Assembly: GCA_964016885.1 (NCBI GenBank)
Contig: OZ024743.1
Location: 139,686,001 to 139,750,000 of the forward strand
From: Eledone cirrhosa
Lineage: Eukaryota
Reading direction: 5' to 3'
DNA: 64,000 nt
Both the position numbers and the translations under genes were made by a program. The notes beneath the pieces are model-generated. The model worked only from the letters and a program-made list of their open reading frames with translations. It did no database searches and was not told the DNA's origin. Of this stretch, positions 1 through 14,419 are shown in pieces; positions within the stretch are counted from its first letter, which is position 1; the number at the start of each line of letters is the position of its first letter.

Positions 1-1829
1 TCACAAAACACTAATCACCAAGCACCAAGCACCAAACACCGAGCACCAAGCATCAAGCACCAAACACCAAGCAACAAACACCGAGCACCAAGCATCAAGC
101 ACCAAACACCAAGCACCAAGCACCAAACACCAAAACCCAAGCACCAAAGACCAAGCACCAAGCACCAAGGACCAAACACCAAGCAGCAAGCAGCAAGCAC
201 CAAACACCAAACACCAAGCACCAAGCACCAAACACCAAGCACCAAGGACCAAACATCAAACACCAAGCACCAAGCACCAAACACCTAACACCAAGCACCA
301 AGAACCAAGCACCAAGCACCGAACACCAAGCACATAACACCAAGCACCAAACACCAAGCACCAAGCACCAAACACCAAGCACCAAACACCAAGCACCAAG
401 CACCAAGCACCAAACACCAAGCACCATGCACCAAGCACCAAGCCCCAAACACTTAACACCAAGCACCAAGCACCAAGCACCAAACACCAATCACCAAAAA
501 CCAAACACCAAGTACCAAGTACCAAACACCAAGCACCAAGCACCAAACACCAACCACCAAACACAAAGCACCAAGCACCAAGCACCAAGCACCATACACC
601 AAACACCAAGCACCAAACACCAGCCACCATGCACCAAGCACCAAACACCAAACACCAAGCACTAAGCACCAAACACCAAACAACAAGCACCAGCACCAAA
701 CACCAAACACCAAGCACGCATCACCAAGCACCAAGCACCAAGCACCAAACACCAAGCACCAAGCACCAAGCACCAAACACCAAACACCAAACACCAAGCA
801 CCAAGAACCAAACACCAAACACCAAACAGCAAGCAGCAAGCACCAAACACCAAACACCAAGCACCAAGCACCAAATACCAAACACCAAGCACCAAGGACC
901 AAACATCAAACACCAAGCACCAAGCACCAAACGCCTAACACCAAGCACCAAGCACCAAGCACCAATCACCAAACACCAAGCACCAATCACCAAACACCAA
1001 GCACCAAGCACCAAACACCAAGCACCAGGCACCAAGCACCAAACACCAAGCACCAAGCACCAAACTACAAGCACCAAGACCGAAGCACCAAACACCAAGC
1101 ACCAAGCACAAAGCACCAAGCACCAAGCACCAAAAACCAAACACCAAGCACCAAGTACCAAACACCAAGCACCAAGCACCAAACACCAAGCACCAAGCAC
1201 CAATCACCAAACACCAAGAACCAAGCACCAAATACCAAGCACCAAGCACCAAGCACCAGGCACCAAGCACCAAGCACCAAACACAAAACACCAAGCACCA
1301 AGAACCAAGCAGCAAACACCAAGCATCAAACACCAAACACCAAACACCAAGCACCAAACACCAAGCACCAAGCACCAAACACCAAACACCAAGCACCAAG
1401 GACCCAGCACCAAACACCAAACACCAAGCACCAAACACCAGATACCAAGCACCAAGCACCAAACACCAAACTCCAAGCACCAAGCACCAAACACCAAACA
1501 ACAAGCACCAGGCACCAAACACCAAACACCAAGCACCAAGCACCAAACACCAAACACCAAGCACGCAGCATCAAACACCAAGCACCAAGCACCAAGCACC
1601 AAATACCAAGCACCAAGCACCAAACACCAACCACCAAACACAAAGCACCAAGCACCAAACACCAAGCACCAAGCACCAAACACCAAGCACCAAGCACCAA
1701 ACACTAATCACCAAGCACCAAGCACCAAACAACAAGCACCAAGCACCAAGCACTAGGCACCAAGCAGCAAGCACCAAACACTAATCACCAAGCACCAAGC
1801 ACCAAGCACCAAACACCAAGCACCAAGCA

Positions 1830-4110
1830 CCAAACACCAAACACCAAGCACCAAGCACCAAACACCAAGCACCAAGGACCACACATCAAACACCAAGCAC
1901 CAAGCACCAAACACCTAACACCAAGCACCAAGCACCAAGCACCAAGCACCGAACACCAAGCACCAAACACCAAGCACCAAACACCAAGCACCAAGCACCA
2001 AACACCAAGCACCAAACACCAAGCACCAAACACCAAGCACCAAAAACCAAACACCAAGCACCAACTACTAAGAACCAAGCACCAAGCACCAAACACCAAG
2101 CACCAAGCACCAAACACCAAACACCAAGAACCAAGCACCAAACACAAAGCACCAAGGACCAAGCACCAGGCACCAAGCACCAAGCACCAAACACCAAGCA
2201 TCAAACACCAAACACCAAACACCAAGCACCAAACACCAAGCACAAAGCACCAAACACCAAACACCAAGCACAAAGCACCAAACAACAAGCACCAGGCACC
2301 AGGCACCAAGCACCAAACACCAAACACCAAGCACGCAGCATCAAACACCAAGCACCAAGCACAAAGCACCAAACACCAAGCACCAAGCACCAAGCACCAA
2401 GCACCAAACACCAAACACCAAGCACCAAACACCAGCCACCATGCACCAAGCACCAAACACCAAACACCAAGCACTAAGCACCAAACACCAAACAACAAGC
2501 ACCAGGCACCAAGCACCAAACACCAAACACCAAGCACGCATCACCAAGCACCAAGCACCAAGCACCAAACACCAAGCACCAAGCACCAAGCACCAAACAC
2601 CAAACACCAAACACCAAGCACCAAGCACCAAACACCAAGCACCAAACACCAAACCCCAAGCACCAATCACAAAACACTAATCACCAAGCACCAAGCACCA
2701 AACACCGAGCACCAAGCATCAAGCACCAAACACCAAGCACCAAGCACCAAGCACCAAGCACCAAACACCAAACACCAAGCACCAAACACCAAACCCCAAG
2801 CACCAAAGACCAAGCACCAAGCACCAAGGACCAAACACCAAGCACCAAGGACCAAGCAACAAACACCAAGCACCAAGCACCAAACACCCAGCACCAACCA
2901 CCCAGCACCAAGCACCAAGCACCAAACACCAAGCACCAAACACCAAACACCAAGCACCTAGCACCAAGCGCCAAGCACCAAACACCAGCACCAATCACCA
3001 AGGACCAAACACCAAGCAGCAAGCAGCAAGCACCAAACACCAAACACCAAGCACCAAGCACCAAACACCAAGCACCAAGGACCACACATCAAACACCAAG
3101 CACCAAGCACCAAACACCTAACACCAAGCACCAAGCACCAAGCACCAAGCACCGAACACCAAGCACCAAACACCAAGAACCAAACACCAAGCACCAAGCA
3201 CCAAACACCAAGCACCAAACACCAAGCACCAAACACGAAGCACCAAAAACCAAACACCAAGCACCAACTACTAAACACCAAGCACCAAGCACCAAACACC
3301 AAGCACCAAGCACCAAACACCAAACACCAAGAACCAAGCACCAAACACAAAGCACCAAGGACCAAGCACCAGGCACCAAGCACCAAGCACCAAACACAAA
3401 ACACCAAGCACCAAGCACCAAGCAGCAAACACCAAGCATCAAACACCAAACACCAAACACCAAGCACCAAACACCAAGCACAAAGCACCAAACACCAAAC
3501 ACCAAGCACCAAGCACCAAACAACAAGCACCAGGCACCAGGCACCAAGCACCAAACACCAAACACCAAGCACGCAGCATCAAACACCAAGCACCAAGCAC
3601 AAAGCACCAAACACCAAGCACCAAGCACCAAGCACCAAGCACCAAACACCAAACACCAAGCACCAAACACCAGCCACCATGCACCAAGCACCAAACACCA
3701 AACACCAAGCACTAAGCACCAAACACCAAACAACAAGCACCAGGCACCAAGCACCAAACACCAAACACCAAGCACGCATCACCAAGCACCAAGCACCAAG
3801 CACCAAACACCAAGCACCAAGCACCAAGCACCAAACACCAAACACCAAACACCAAGCACCAAGCACCAAACACCAAGCACCAATCACAAAACACTAATCA
3901 CCAAGCACCAAGCACCAAACACCGAGCACCAAGCATCAAGCACCAAACACCAAGCACCAAGCACCAAGCACCAAGCACCAAACACCAAACACCAAGCACC
4001 AAACACCAAACCCCAAACACCAAAGACCAAGCACCAAGCACCAAGGACCAAACACCAAGCACCAAGGACCAAGCAACAAACACCCAGCACCAAGCACCAA
4101 ACACCCAGCA
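1830..4110 (+). repeat. About 1.2-kb tandem HOR pair (offset 1238, then 1217)
   Basis: Identical or near-identical translations at 2201/3439, 2341/3579 and 2441/3679 (offset 1238), and at 2667/3884 and 2681/3898 (offset 1217). 1238 = 177x7-1, matching the 6-mer caccag at 2983. Confidence 0.85.
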
Positions 4111-4419
4111 CCAAGCACCAAGCACCAAACACCAAACACCAAGCACGCAGCATCAAACACCAAGCACCAACCACCAAGCACCAAGCACCAATTACCAAAC
4201 ACCAACCACCAAGCACCAAACACCAAACACCAATCACCAAGCACCAAGCACGAAACACCAGGCACCAAGCACCAAGTACCAAACACCAAACACCAAGCAC
4301 CAAACACCAGCCACCAAGCACCAAGCACCAAACACCAAACACCAAGCACTAAGCACCAAACACCAAACAGCAAGCACCAGGCACCAAGCACCAAACACCA
4401 AGCACCAAGCACCAAACAC

Positions 4420-5130
4420 CAAGCACCAAGACCGAAGCACCAAACACCAAGTACCAAGCACAAAGCACCAAGCACCAAGCACCAAAAACCAAACACGAAG
4501 CACCAAGTACCAAACACCAAGCACCAAGCACCAAACACCAAGCACCAAGCACCAATCACCAAACACCAAGAACCAAGCACCAAACACCAAGCACCAAGCA
4601 CCAAGCACCAGGCACCAAGCACCAAGCACCAAACACAAAACACCAAGCACCAAGAACCAAGCAGCAAACACCAAGCATCAAACACCAAACACCAAACATC
4701 AAGCACCAAACACCAAGCACCAAGCACCAAACACCAAACACCAAGCACCAAGCACCAAGCACCAAACACCAAACACCAAGCACCAAGACCGAAGCACCAA
4801 ACACCAAGCACGAAGCACAAAGCACCAAGCACCAAGCACCAAAAACCAAACACCAAGCACCAAGTACCAAACACCAAGCACCAAGCAGCAAACACCAAGC
4901 ACCAAGCACCAATCACCAAACACCAAGAACCAAGCACCAAACACCAAGCACCAAGCACCAAGCACCAGGCACCAAGCACCAAGCACCAAACACAAAAACC
5001 AAGCACCAAGAACCAAGCAGCAAACACCAAGCATCAAACACCAAACACCAAACACCAAGCACCAAACACCAAGCACCAAGCACCAAACACCAAACACCAA
5101 GCACCAAGCACCAAGCACCAAACACCAAAC
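4420..5130 (+). repeat. 357-bp (51-monomer) tandem duplication
   Basis: The rare monomer accgaag occurs at 4431 and 4788, each followed by the same series of variants (cacaaag, aaccaaa, taccaaa, caccaat, aaccaag, caccagg, cacaaaa). Confidence 0.85.
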
Positions 5131-7254
5131 ACCAAGCACCAAACACCAGATACCAAGCACCAAGCACCAAACACCAAACAACAAGCACCAGGCACCAAAC
5201 ACCAAACACCAAGCACCAAGCACCAAACACCAAACACCAAGCACGCAGCATCAAACACCAAGCACCAAGCACCAAGCACCAAATACCAAGCACCAAGCAC
5301 CAAACACCAACCACCAAACACAAAGCACCAAGCACCAAACACCAAGCACCAAGCAACAAACACCAAGCACCAAGCACCAAACACCAAACCCCAAGCACCA
5401 AGCACCAAACACTAATCACCAAGCACCAAACACCAAACAACAAGCACCAAGCACCAGGCACCATGCAGCAAGCACCAAACACTAATCACCAAGCACCAAG
5501 CACCAAGCACCAAACACCAAGCACCAAGCACCAAACACCAAACACCAAGATCCAAAGACCAAGCACCAAGCCCCAAGCACCAAGCACCAAAAAATAAGCA
5601 CCAAGCACCAAACACCAAGCACCAAGCACCAAACACCAACCACCCAGCACCAAGCACGAAGCACCAAACACCAAGCACCAAACACCAAACACCAAGCACC
5701 AAGCACCAAGCGCCAAACACCAAACACCAAGCCCCAAGCACTAAGCACCAAACACCAAGCCCCAAGCAGCAAGCACCAAACACCAAACACCAAGCACCAA
5801 GCACCAAACACCAAGCACCAAGCACCAAGCACCTAGCACCAAACACCAGACACCAAGCACCAAGCACCAAACACCAATCACCAAGCACCAAACACCAAGC
5901 AGCAAGCAGCAAGCACCAAACACCAAACACCAAGCACCAAGCACCAAACACCAAGCACCAAGGACCACACATCAAACACCAAGCACCAAGCACCAAACAC
6001 CTAACACCAAGCACCAAGCACCAAGCACCAAGCACCGAACACCAAGCACCAAACACCAAGCACCAAACACCAAGCACCAAGCACCAAACACCAAGCACCA
6101 AACACCAAGCACCAAACACCAAGCACCAAAAACCAAACACCAAGCACCAACTACTAAACACCAAGCACCAAGCACCAAAAACCAAGCACCAAGCACCAAA
6201 CACCAAACACCAAGAACCAAGCACCAAACACCAAGCACCAAGGACCAAGCACCAGGCACCAAGCACCAAGCACCAAACACAAAGCACCAAGCACCAAGCA
6301 CCAAGCAGCAAACACCAAGCATCAAACACCAAACACCAAACACCAAGCACCAAACACCAAGCACAAAGCACCAAACACCAAACACCAAGCACCAAGCACC
6401 AAACAACAAGCACCAGGCACCAGGCACCAAGCACCAAACACCAAACACCAAGCACGCAGCATCAAACACCAAGCACCAAGCACAAAGCACCAAACACCAA
6501 GCACCAAGCACCAAGCACCAAGCACCAAACACCAAACACCAAACACCAAGCACCAAGCACCAAACACCAAGCACCAAACACCAAACCCCAAGCACCAATC
6601 ACAAAACACTAATCACCAAGCACCAAGCACCAAACACCGAGCACCAAGCATCAAGCACCAAACACCAAGCACCAAGCACCAAGCACCAAGCACCAAGCAC
6701 CAAACACCAAGCACCAAGCACCAAACACCAAACCCCAAGCACCAAAGACCAAGCACCAAGCACCAAGGACCAAACACCAAGCACCAAGGACCAAGCAACA
6801 AACACCAAGCACCAAGCACCAAACACCCAGCACCAAGCACCAAGCACCAAACACCAAACACCAAGCACGCAGCATCAAACACCAAGCACCAAGCACCAAG
6901 CACCAAGCACCAAGCACCAATTACCAAACACCAACCACCAAGCACCAAACACCAAACACCAATCACCAAGCACCAAGCACGAAACACCAGGCACCAAGCA
7001 CCAAGTACCAAACACCAAACACTAAGCACCAAACACCAGCCACCAAGCACCAAGCACCAAACACCAAGAACCAAGCACCAAACACCAAGCACCAAGCACC
7101 AAGCACCAGGCACCAAGCACCAAGCACCAAACACAAAACACCAAGCACCAAGAACCAAGCAGCAAACACCAAGCATCAAACACCAAACACCAAATACCAA
7201 GCACCAAACACCAAGCACCAAGCACCAAACACCAAACACCAAGCACCAAGCAAA

Positions 7255-10200
7255 AAGCACCAAACACCAAACACCAAGCACCAAACACCAGATACCAAGC
7301 ACCAAGCACCAAACACCAAACTCCAAGCACCAAGCACCAAACACCAAACAACAAGCACCAGGCACCAAACACCAAACACCAAGCACCAAGCACCAAACAC
7401 CAAACACCAAGCACGCAGCATCAAACACCAAGCACCAAGCACCAAGCACCAAATACCAAGCACCAAGCACCAAACACCAACCACCAAACACAAAGCACCG
7501 AGCACCAAACACCAAGCACCAAGCACCAAACACCAAGCACCAAGCACCAAACACCAAACCCCAAGCACCAAGCACCAAACACTAATCACCAAGCACCAAG
7601 CACCAAATAACAAGCACCAAGCACCAAGCACCAGGCACCAAGCAGCAAGCACCAAACACTAATCACCAAGCACCAAGCACCAAGCACCAAACACCAAGCA
7701 CCAAGCACCAAACACCAAACACCAAGATCCAAAGACCAAGCACCAAGCCCCAAGCACCAAGCACCAAAAAACAAGCACCAAGCACCAAACACCAAGCACC
7801 AAGCACCAAACACCAACCACCCAGCACCAAGCACCAAGCACCAAACACCAAGCACCAAACACCAAACACCAAGCACCAAGCACCAAGCGCCAAGCACCAA
7901 ACACCAAGCACCAAGCACTAAGCACCAAATCCAAGCCCCAAGCAGCAAGCACTAAACACCAAACACCAAGCACCAAGCACCAAACACCAAGCACCAAGCA
8001 CCAAGCACCTAGCACCAAACACCAAACACCAAGCACCAAGCACCAAACACCAAGCACCAATCACCAAGCACCAAACACCAAGCAGCAAGCAGCAAGCACC
8101 AAACACCAAGGACCACACATCAAACACCAAGCACAAAGCACCAAACACCTAACACCAAGCACCAAGCACCAAGCACCAAGCACCGAACACCAAGCACCAA
8201 ACACCAAGCACCAAACACCAAGCACCAAGCACCAAACACCAAGCACCAAACACCAAGCACGAAACACCAAGCACCAAAAACCAAACACCAAGCACCAACT
8301 ACTAAACACCAAGCACCAAGCACGAAACACCAAGCACCAAGCACCAAAAACCAAACACCAAGAACCAAGCACCAAACACCAAGCACCAAGGACCAAGCAC
8401 CAGGCACCAAGCACCAAGCACCAAACACAAAACACCAAGCACCAAGCACCAAGCAGCAAACACCAAGCATCAAACACCAAACACCAAACACCAAGCACCA
8501 AACACCAAGCACAAAGCACCAAACACCAAACACCAAGCACCAAACACCAAGCACCAAGCACCAAACACCAAGCACCAAGCACCAAGCACCAAACATCAAA
8601 CACCAAACACCAAGCACCAAGCACCAAACACCAAGCACCAAACACCAAACCCCAAGCACCAATCACAAAACACTAATCACCAAGCACCAAGCACCAAACA
8701 CCGAGCACCAAGCATCAAGCACCAAACACCAAGCACCAAGCACCAAGCACCAAACACCAAGCACCAAGCACCAAACACCAAACCCCAAGCACCAAAGACC
8801 AAGCACCAAGCACCAAGGACCAAACACCAAGCACCAAGGACCAAGCAACAAACACCAAGCACCAAGCACCAAACACCCAGCACCAAGCACCAAGCACCAA
8901 ACACCAAACACCAAGCACGCAGCATCAAACACCAAGCACCAAGCACCAAGCACCAAGCACCAATTACCAAACACCAACCACCAAGCACCAAACACCAAAC
9001 ACCAATCACCAAGCACCAAGCACGAAACACCAGGCACCAAGCACCAAGTACCAAACACCAAACACCAAGCACCAAACACCAGCCACCAAGCACCAAGCAC
9101 CAAACACCAAACACCAAGCACTAAGCACCAAACACCAAACAGCAAGCACCAGGCACCAAGCACCAAACACCAAACACCAAGCACGCAGCACCAAACACCA
9201 AGCACCAAGCACCAAGCACCAAACACCAAGCACCAAGCACCAAGCACCAAACACCAAAACCAAGCACCAAGCACCAAGAATCAAACACCAAACACCAAAC
9301 AGCAAGCACCAAGCACCAAACACCAAGCACCAAACACCAAACACCAAGCACTAAGCACCAAACACCAAACAACAAGCACCAGGCACCAAGCACCAAACAC
9401 CAAACACCAAGCACGCAGCACCAAACACCAAGCACCAAGTACCAAACACCAAACACCAAGCACCAAGCACCAAGCACCAAACACCAAACACCAAACACCA
9501 AGCACCAAGAACCAGACACCAAACACCAAACAGCAGGCACCAAGCACCAAACACCAAGCACCAATCACCAAATACTAATCACCAAGCACCAAGCCCCAAA
9601 CACCAAGCACCAAGCAGCAAGCACCAAACACCAAGCACCAAGCACCAAACACCAAGCACCAAACACCAAGCACCAAGCACCAAACACCAAACCCCAAGCA
9701 CCTAACACCAAGCACCAAGCACCAAGGACCAAAAACCAAGCACCAAGCACCAAACACCAAACACCAAACAACAAGCATCAAGCACCAAACAGCAAGCACC
9801 AAACACCAAGCACCAAACACCAAGCACCAAACACAAAGTCCCACGCACCAAGCACCAAACACCAAACACCAAGCACCAAGCACCAAACACCAAGCACCAA
9901 GCACCAAGCCCCTAGCACCAAACACCAAACACCAAGCAAAAACCACAAAACATCAAGCACCAATCACCAAGCACCAAACACCAAGCAGCAAGCAGCAAGC
10001 ACCAAACACGAACGACCAAGCACCAAGCACCAAGTACCAAACACCAAGCACCAAGGACCAAACATCAAACACCAAGCACCAAGCACCAAACGCCTAACAC
10101 CAAGCACCAAGCACCAAGCACCAAGCACCAAACACCAAGCACCAATCACCAAACACCAAGCACCAAGCACCAAACACCAAGCACCAGGCACCAAGCAGCA

Positions 10201-13200
10201 AACACCAAGCACCAAGCACCAATCCCCAAGCACCAAACACCAAACCTCAAGCACCAAGCACAAAACACTAATCACCAAGCACCAAGCACCAAACAACAAG
10301 CACCAAGCACCAAGCACCAGGCACCAAGCACCAAGCACCAAACACTAATCACCAAGCACCAAGTACCAAACACCAAACACCAAGCACCAAACACCAAACA
10401 CCAAGCACCAATCACCAAGCACGAAACACCAGGCACCAAGCACCAAGCACCAAACACCAAACGCCAAGCACCATACACCAGCCACCAAGCAGCAAGCACC
10501 AAACACCAAACACCAAGCACTAAGCACCAAACACCAAACAACAAGCACCAGGCACCAAGCACCAAACACCAAACACCAAGCACGCATCACCAAACACCAA
10601 GCACCAAGCACCAAGCACCAAAAACCAAGCACCAAGCACCAAGCACCAAAAACCAAACACCAAACACCAAGCACCAAGAACCAAACACCAAACACCAAAC
10701 AGCAAGCACCAAGCACCAAACACCAAGCACCAAACACCAAACACCAAGCACCAAACACCAGATACCAAGCACCAAGCACCAAACACCAAACTCCAAGCAC
10801 CAAGCACCAAACACCAAACAACAAGCACCAGGCACCAAACACCAAACACCAAGCACCAAGCACCAAACACCAAACACCAAGCACGCAGCATCAAACACCA
10901 AGCACCAAGCACCAAGCACCAAATACCAAGCACCAAGCACCAAACACCAACCACCAAACACAAAGCACCGAGCACCAAACACCAAGCACCAAGCACCAAA
11001 CACCAAGCACCAAGCACCAAACACCAAACCCCAAGCACCAAGCACCAAACACTAATCACCAAGCACCAAGCACCAAATAACAAGCACCAAGCACCAAGCA
11101 CCAGGCACCAAGCAGCAAGCACCAAACACTAATCACCAAGCACCAAGCACCAAGCACCAAACACCAAGCACCAAGCACCAAACACCAAACACCAAGATCC
11201 AAAGACCAAGCACCAAGCCCCAAGCACCAAGCACCAAAAAACAAGCACCAAGCACCAAACACCAAGCACCAAGCACCAAACACCAACCACCCAGCACCAA
11301 GCACCAAGCACCAAACACCAAGCACCAAACACCAAACACCAAGCACCAAGCACCAAGCGCCAAGCACCAAACACCAAGCACCAAGCACTAAGCACCAAAT
11401 CCAAGCCCCAAGCAGCAAGCACTAAACACCAAACACCAAGCACCAAGCACCAAACACCAAGCACCAAGCACCAAGCACCTAGCACCAAACACCAAACACC
11501 AAGCACCAAGCACCAAACACCAAGCACCAATCACCAAGCACCAAACACCAAGCAGCAAGCAGCAAGCACCAAACACCAAACACCAAGCACCAAGCACCAA
11601 ACACCAAGCACCAAGGACCACACATCAAACACCAAGCACAAAGCACCAAACACCTAACACCAAGCACCAAGCACCAAGCACCAAGCACCGAACACCAAGC
11701 ACCAAACACCAAGCACCAAACACCAAGCACCAAGCACCAAACACCAAGCACCAAACACCAAGCACGAAACACCAAGCACCAAAAACCAAACACCAAGCAC
11801 CAACTACTAAACACCAAGCACCAAGCACGAAACACCAAGCACCAAGCACCAAAAACCAAACACCAAGAACCAAGCACCAAACACCAAGCACCAAGGACCA
11901 AGCACCAGGCACCAAGCACCAAGCACCAAACACAAAACACCAAGCACCAAGCACCAAGCAGCAAACACCAAGCATCAAACACCAAACACCAAACACCAAG
12001 CACCAAACACCAAGCACAAAGCACCAAACACCAAACACCAAGCACCAAACACCAAGCACCAAGCACCAAACACCAAGCACCAAGCACCAAGCACCAAACA
12101 TCAAACACCAAACACCAAGCACCAAGCACCAAACACCAAGCACCAAACACCAAACCCCAAGCACCAATCACAAAACACTAATCACCAAGCACCAAGCACC
12201 AAACACCGAGCACCAAGCATCAAGCACCAAACACCAAGCACCAAGCACCAAGCACCAAACACCAAGCACCAAGCACCAAACACCAAACCCCAAGCACCAA
12301 AGACCAAGCACCAAGCACCAAGGACCAAACACCAAGCACCAAGGACCAAGCAACAAACACCAAGCACCAAGCACCAAACACCCAGCACCAAGCACCAAGC
12401 ACCAAACACCAAACACCAAGCACGCAGCATCAAACACCAAGCACCAAGCACCAAGCACCAAGCACCAATTACCAAACACCAACCACCAAGCACCAAACAC
12501 CAAACACCAATCACCAAGCACCAAGCACGAAACACCAGGCACCAAGCACCAAGTACCAAACACCAAACACCAAGCACCAAACACCAGCCACCAAGCACCA
12601 AGCACCAAACACCAAACACCAAGCACTAAGCACCAAACACCAAGCACCAAGCACCAAGCACCAAACACCAAGCACCAAGCACCAAGCACCAAACACCAAA
12701 ACCAAGCACCAAGCACCAAGAATCAAACACCAAACACCAAACAGCAAGCACCAAGCACCAAACACCAAGCACCAAACACCAAACACCAAGCACTAAGCAC
12801 CAAACACCAAACAACAAGCACCAGGCACCAAGCACCAAACACCAAACACCAAGCACGCAGCACCAAACACCAAGCACCAAGTACCAAACACCAAACACCA
12901 AGCACCAAGCACCAAGCACCAAACACCAAACACCAAACACCAAGCACCAAGAACCAGACACCAAACACCAAACAGCAGGCACCAAGCACCAAACACCAAG
13001 CACCAATCACCAAACACTAATCACCAAGCACCAAGCCCCAAACACCAAGCACCAAGCAGCAAGCACCAAACACCAAGCACCAAGCACCAAACACCAAGCA
13101 CCAAACACCAAGCACCAAGCACCAAACACCAAACCCCAAGCACCTAACACCAAGCACCAAGCACCAAGGACCAAAAACCAAGCACCAAGCACCAAACACC

Positions 13201-14170
13201 AAACACCAAACAACAAGCATCAAGCACCAAACAGCAAGCACCAAACACCAAGCACCAAACACCAAGCACCAAACACAAAGTCCCACGCACCAAGCACCAA
13301 ACACCAAACACCAAGCACCAAGCACCAAACACCAAGCACCAAGCACCAAGCCCCTAGCACCAAACACCAAACACCAAGCAAAAACCACAAAACATCAAGC
13401 ACCAATCACCAAGCACCAAACACCAAGCAGCAAGCAGCAAGCACCAAACACGAACGACCAAGCACCAAGCACCAAATACCAAACACCAAGCACCAAGTAC
13501 CAAACATCAAACACCAAGCACCAAGCACCAAACGCCTAACACCAAGCACCAAGCACCAAGCACCAAGCACCAAACACCAAGCACCAATCACCAAACACCA
13601 AGCACCAAGCACCAAACACCAAGCACCAGGCACCAAGCAGCAAACACCAAGCACCAAGCACCAATCCCCAAGCACCAAACACCAAACCTCAAGCACCAAG
13701 CACAAAACACTAATCACCAAGCACCAAGCACCAAACAACAAGCACCAAGCACCAAGCACCAGGCACCAAGCACCAAGCACCAAACACTAATCACCAAGCA
13801 CCAAGTACCAAACACCAAACACCAAGCACCAAACACCAAACACCAAGCACCAATCACCAAGCACGAAACACCAGGCACCAAGCACCAAGCACCAAACACC
13901 AAACGCCAAGCACCATACACCAGCCACCAAGCAGCAAGCACCAAACACCAAACACCAAGCACTAAGCACCAAACACCAAACAACAAGCACCAGGCACAAA
14001 GCACCAAACACCAAACACCAAGCACGCATCACCAAACACCAAGCACCAAGCACCAAGCACCAAAAACCAAGCACCAAGCACCAAGCACCAAAAACCAAAC
14101 ACCAAACACCAAGCACCAAGAACCAAACACCAAACACCAAACAGCAAGCACCAAGCACCAAACACCAAGC
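7255..14170 (+). repeat. About 3.5-kb tandem HOR pair (offsets 3470/3505/3442)
   Basis: Matching ORFs at 7586/11056, 8663/12168, 9565/13007 and 9964/13406. Both copies share the 6-mers tccaag (7930/11400) and accaag (9259/12701). Confidence 0.9.
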
Positions 14171-14419
14171 ACCAAACACCAAACCCCAAGCACCAATCAC
14201 CAAACACTAATCACCAAGCACCAAGCACCAAACACCGAGCACCAAACACCAGGCACCAAGCACCAAACACCAAACCCCAACCACCATAGACCAAGCACCA
14301 AGCACCAAAGAACAAACACCAAGCACCAAGCACCAAGCACCAAACACCAAGCACCAAGCACCAAACACCCAGCACCAAGCACCAGCCACCAAGCACCAAG
14401 CACCAAACACCAAACACCA

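Noticed and set aside
618-630. Chi-like GCTGGTG on the minus strand at caccagc monomers
   Set aside because: It matches only 7 of 8 bases of E. coli Chi (GCTGGTGG) and is expected from the monomer composition. Nothing indicates a bacterial context.
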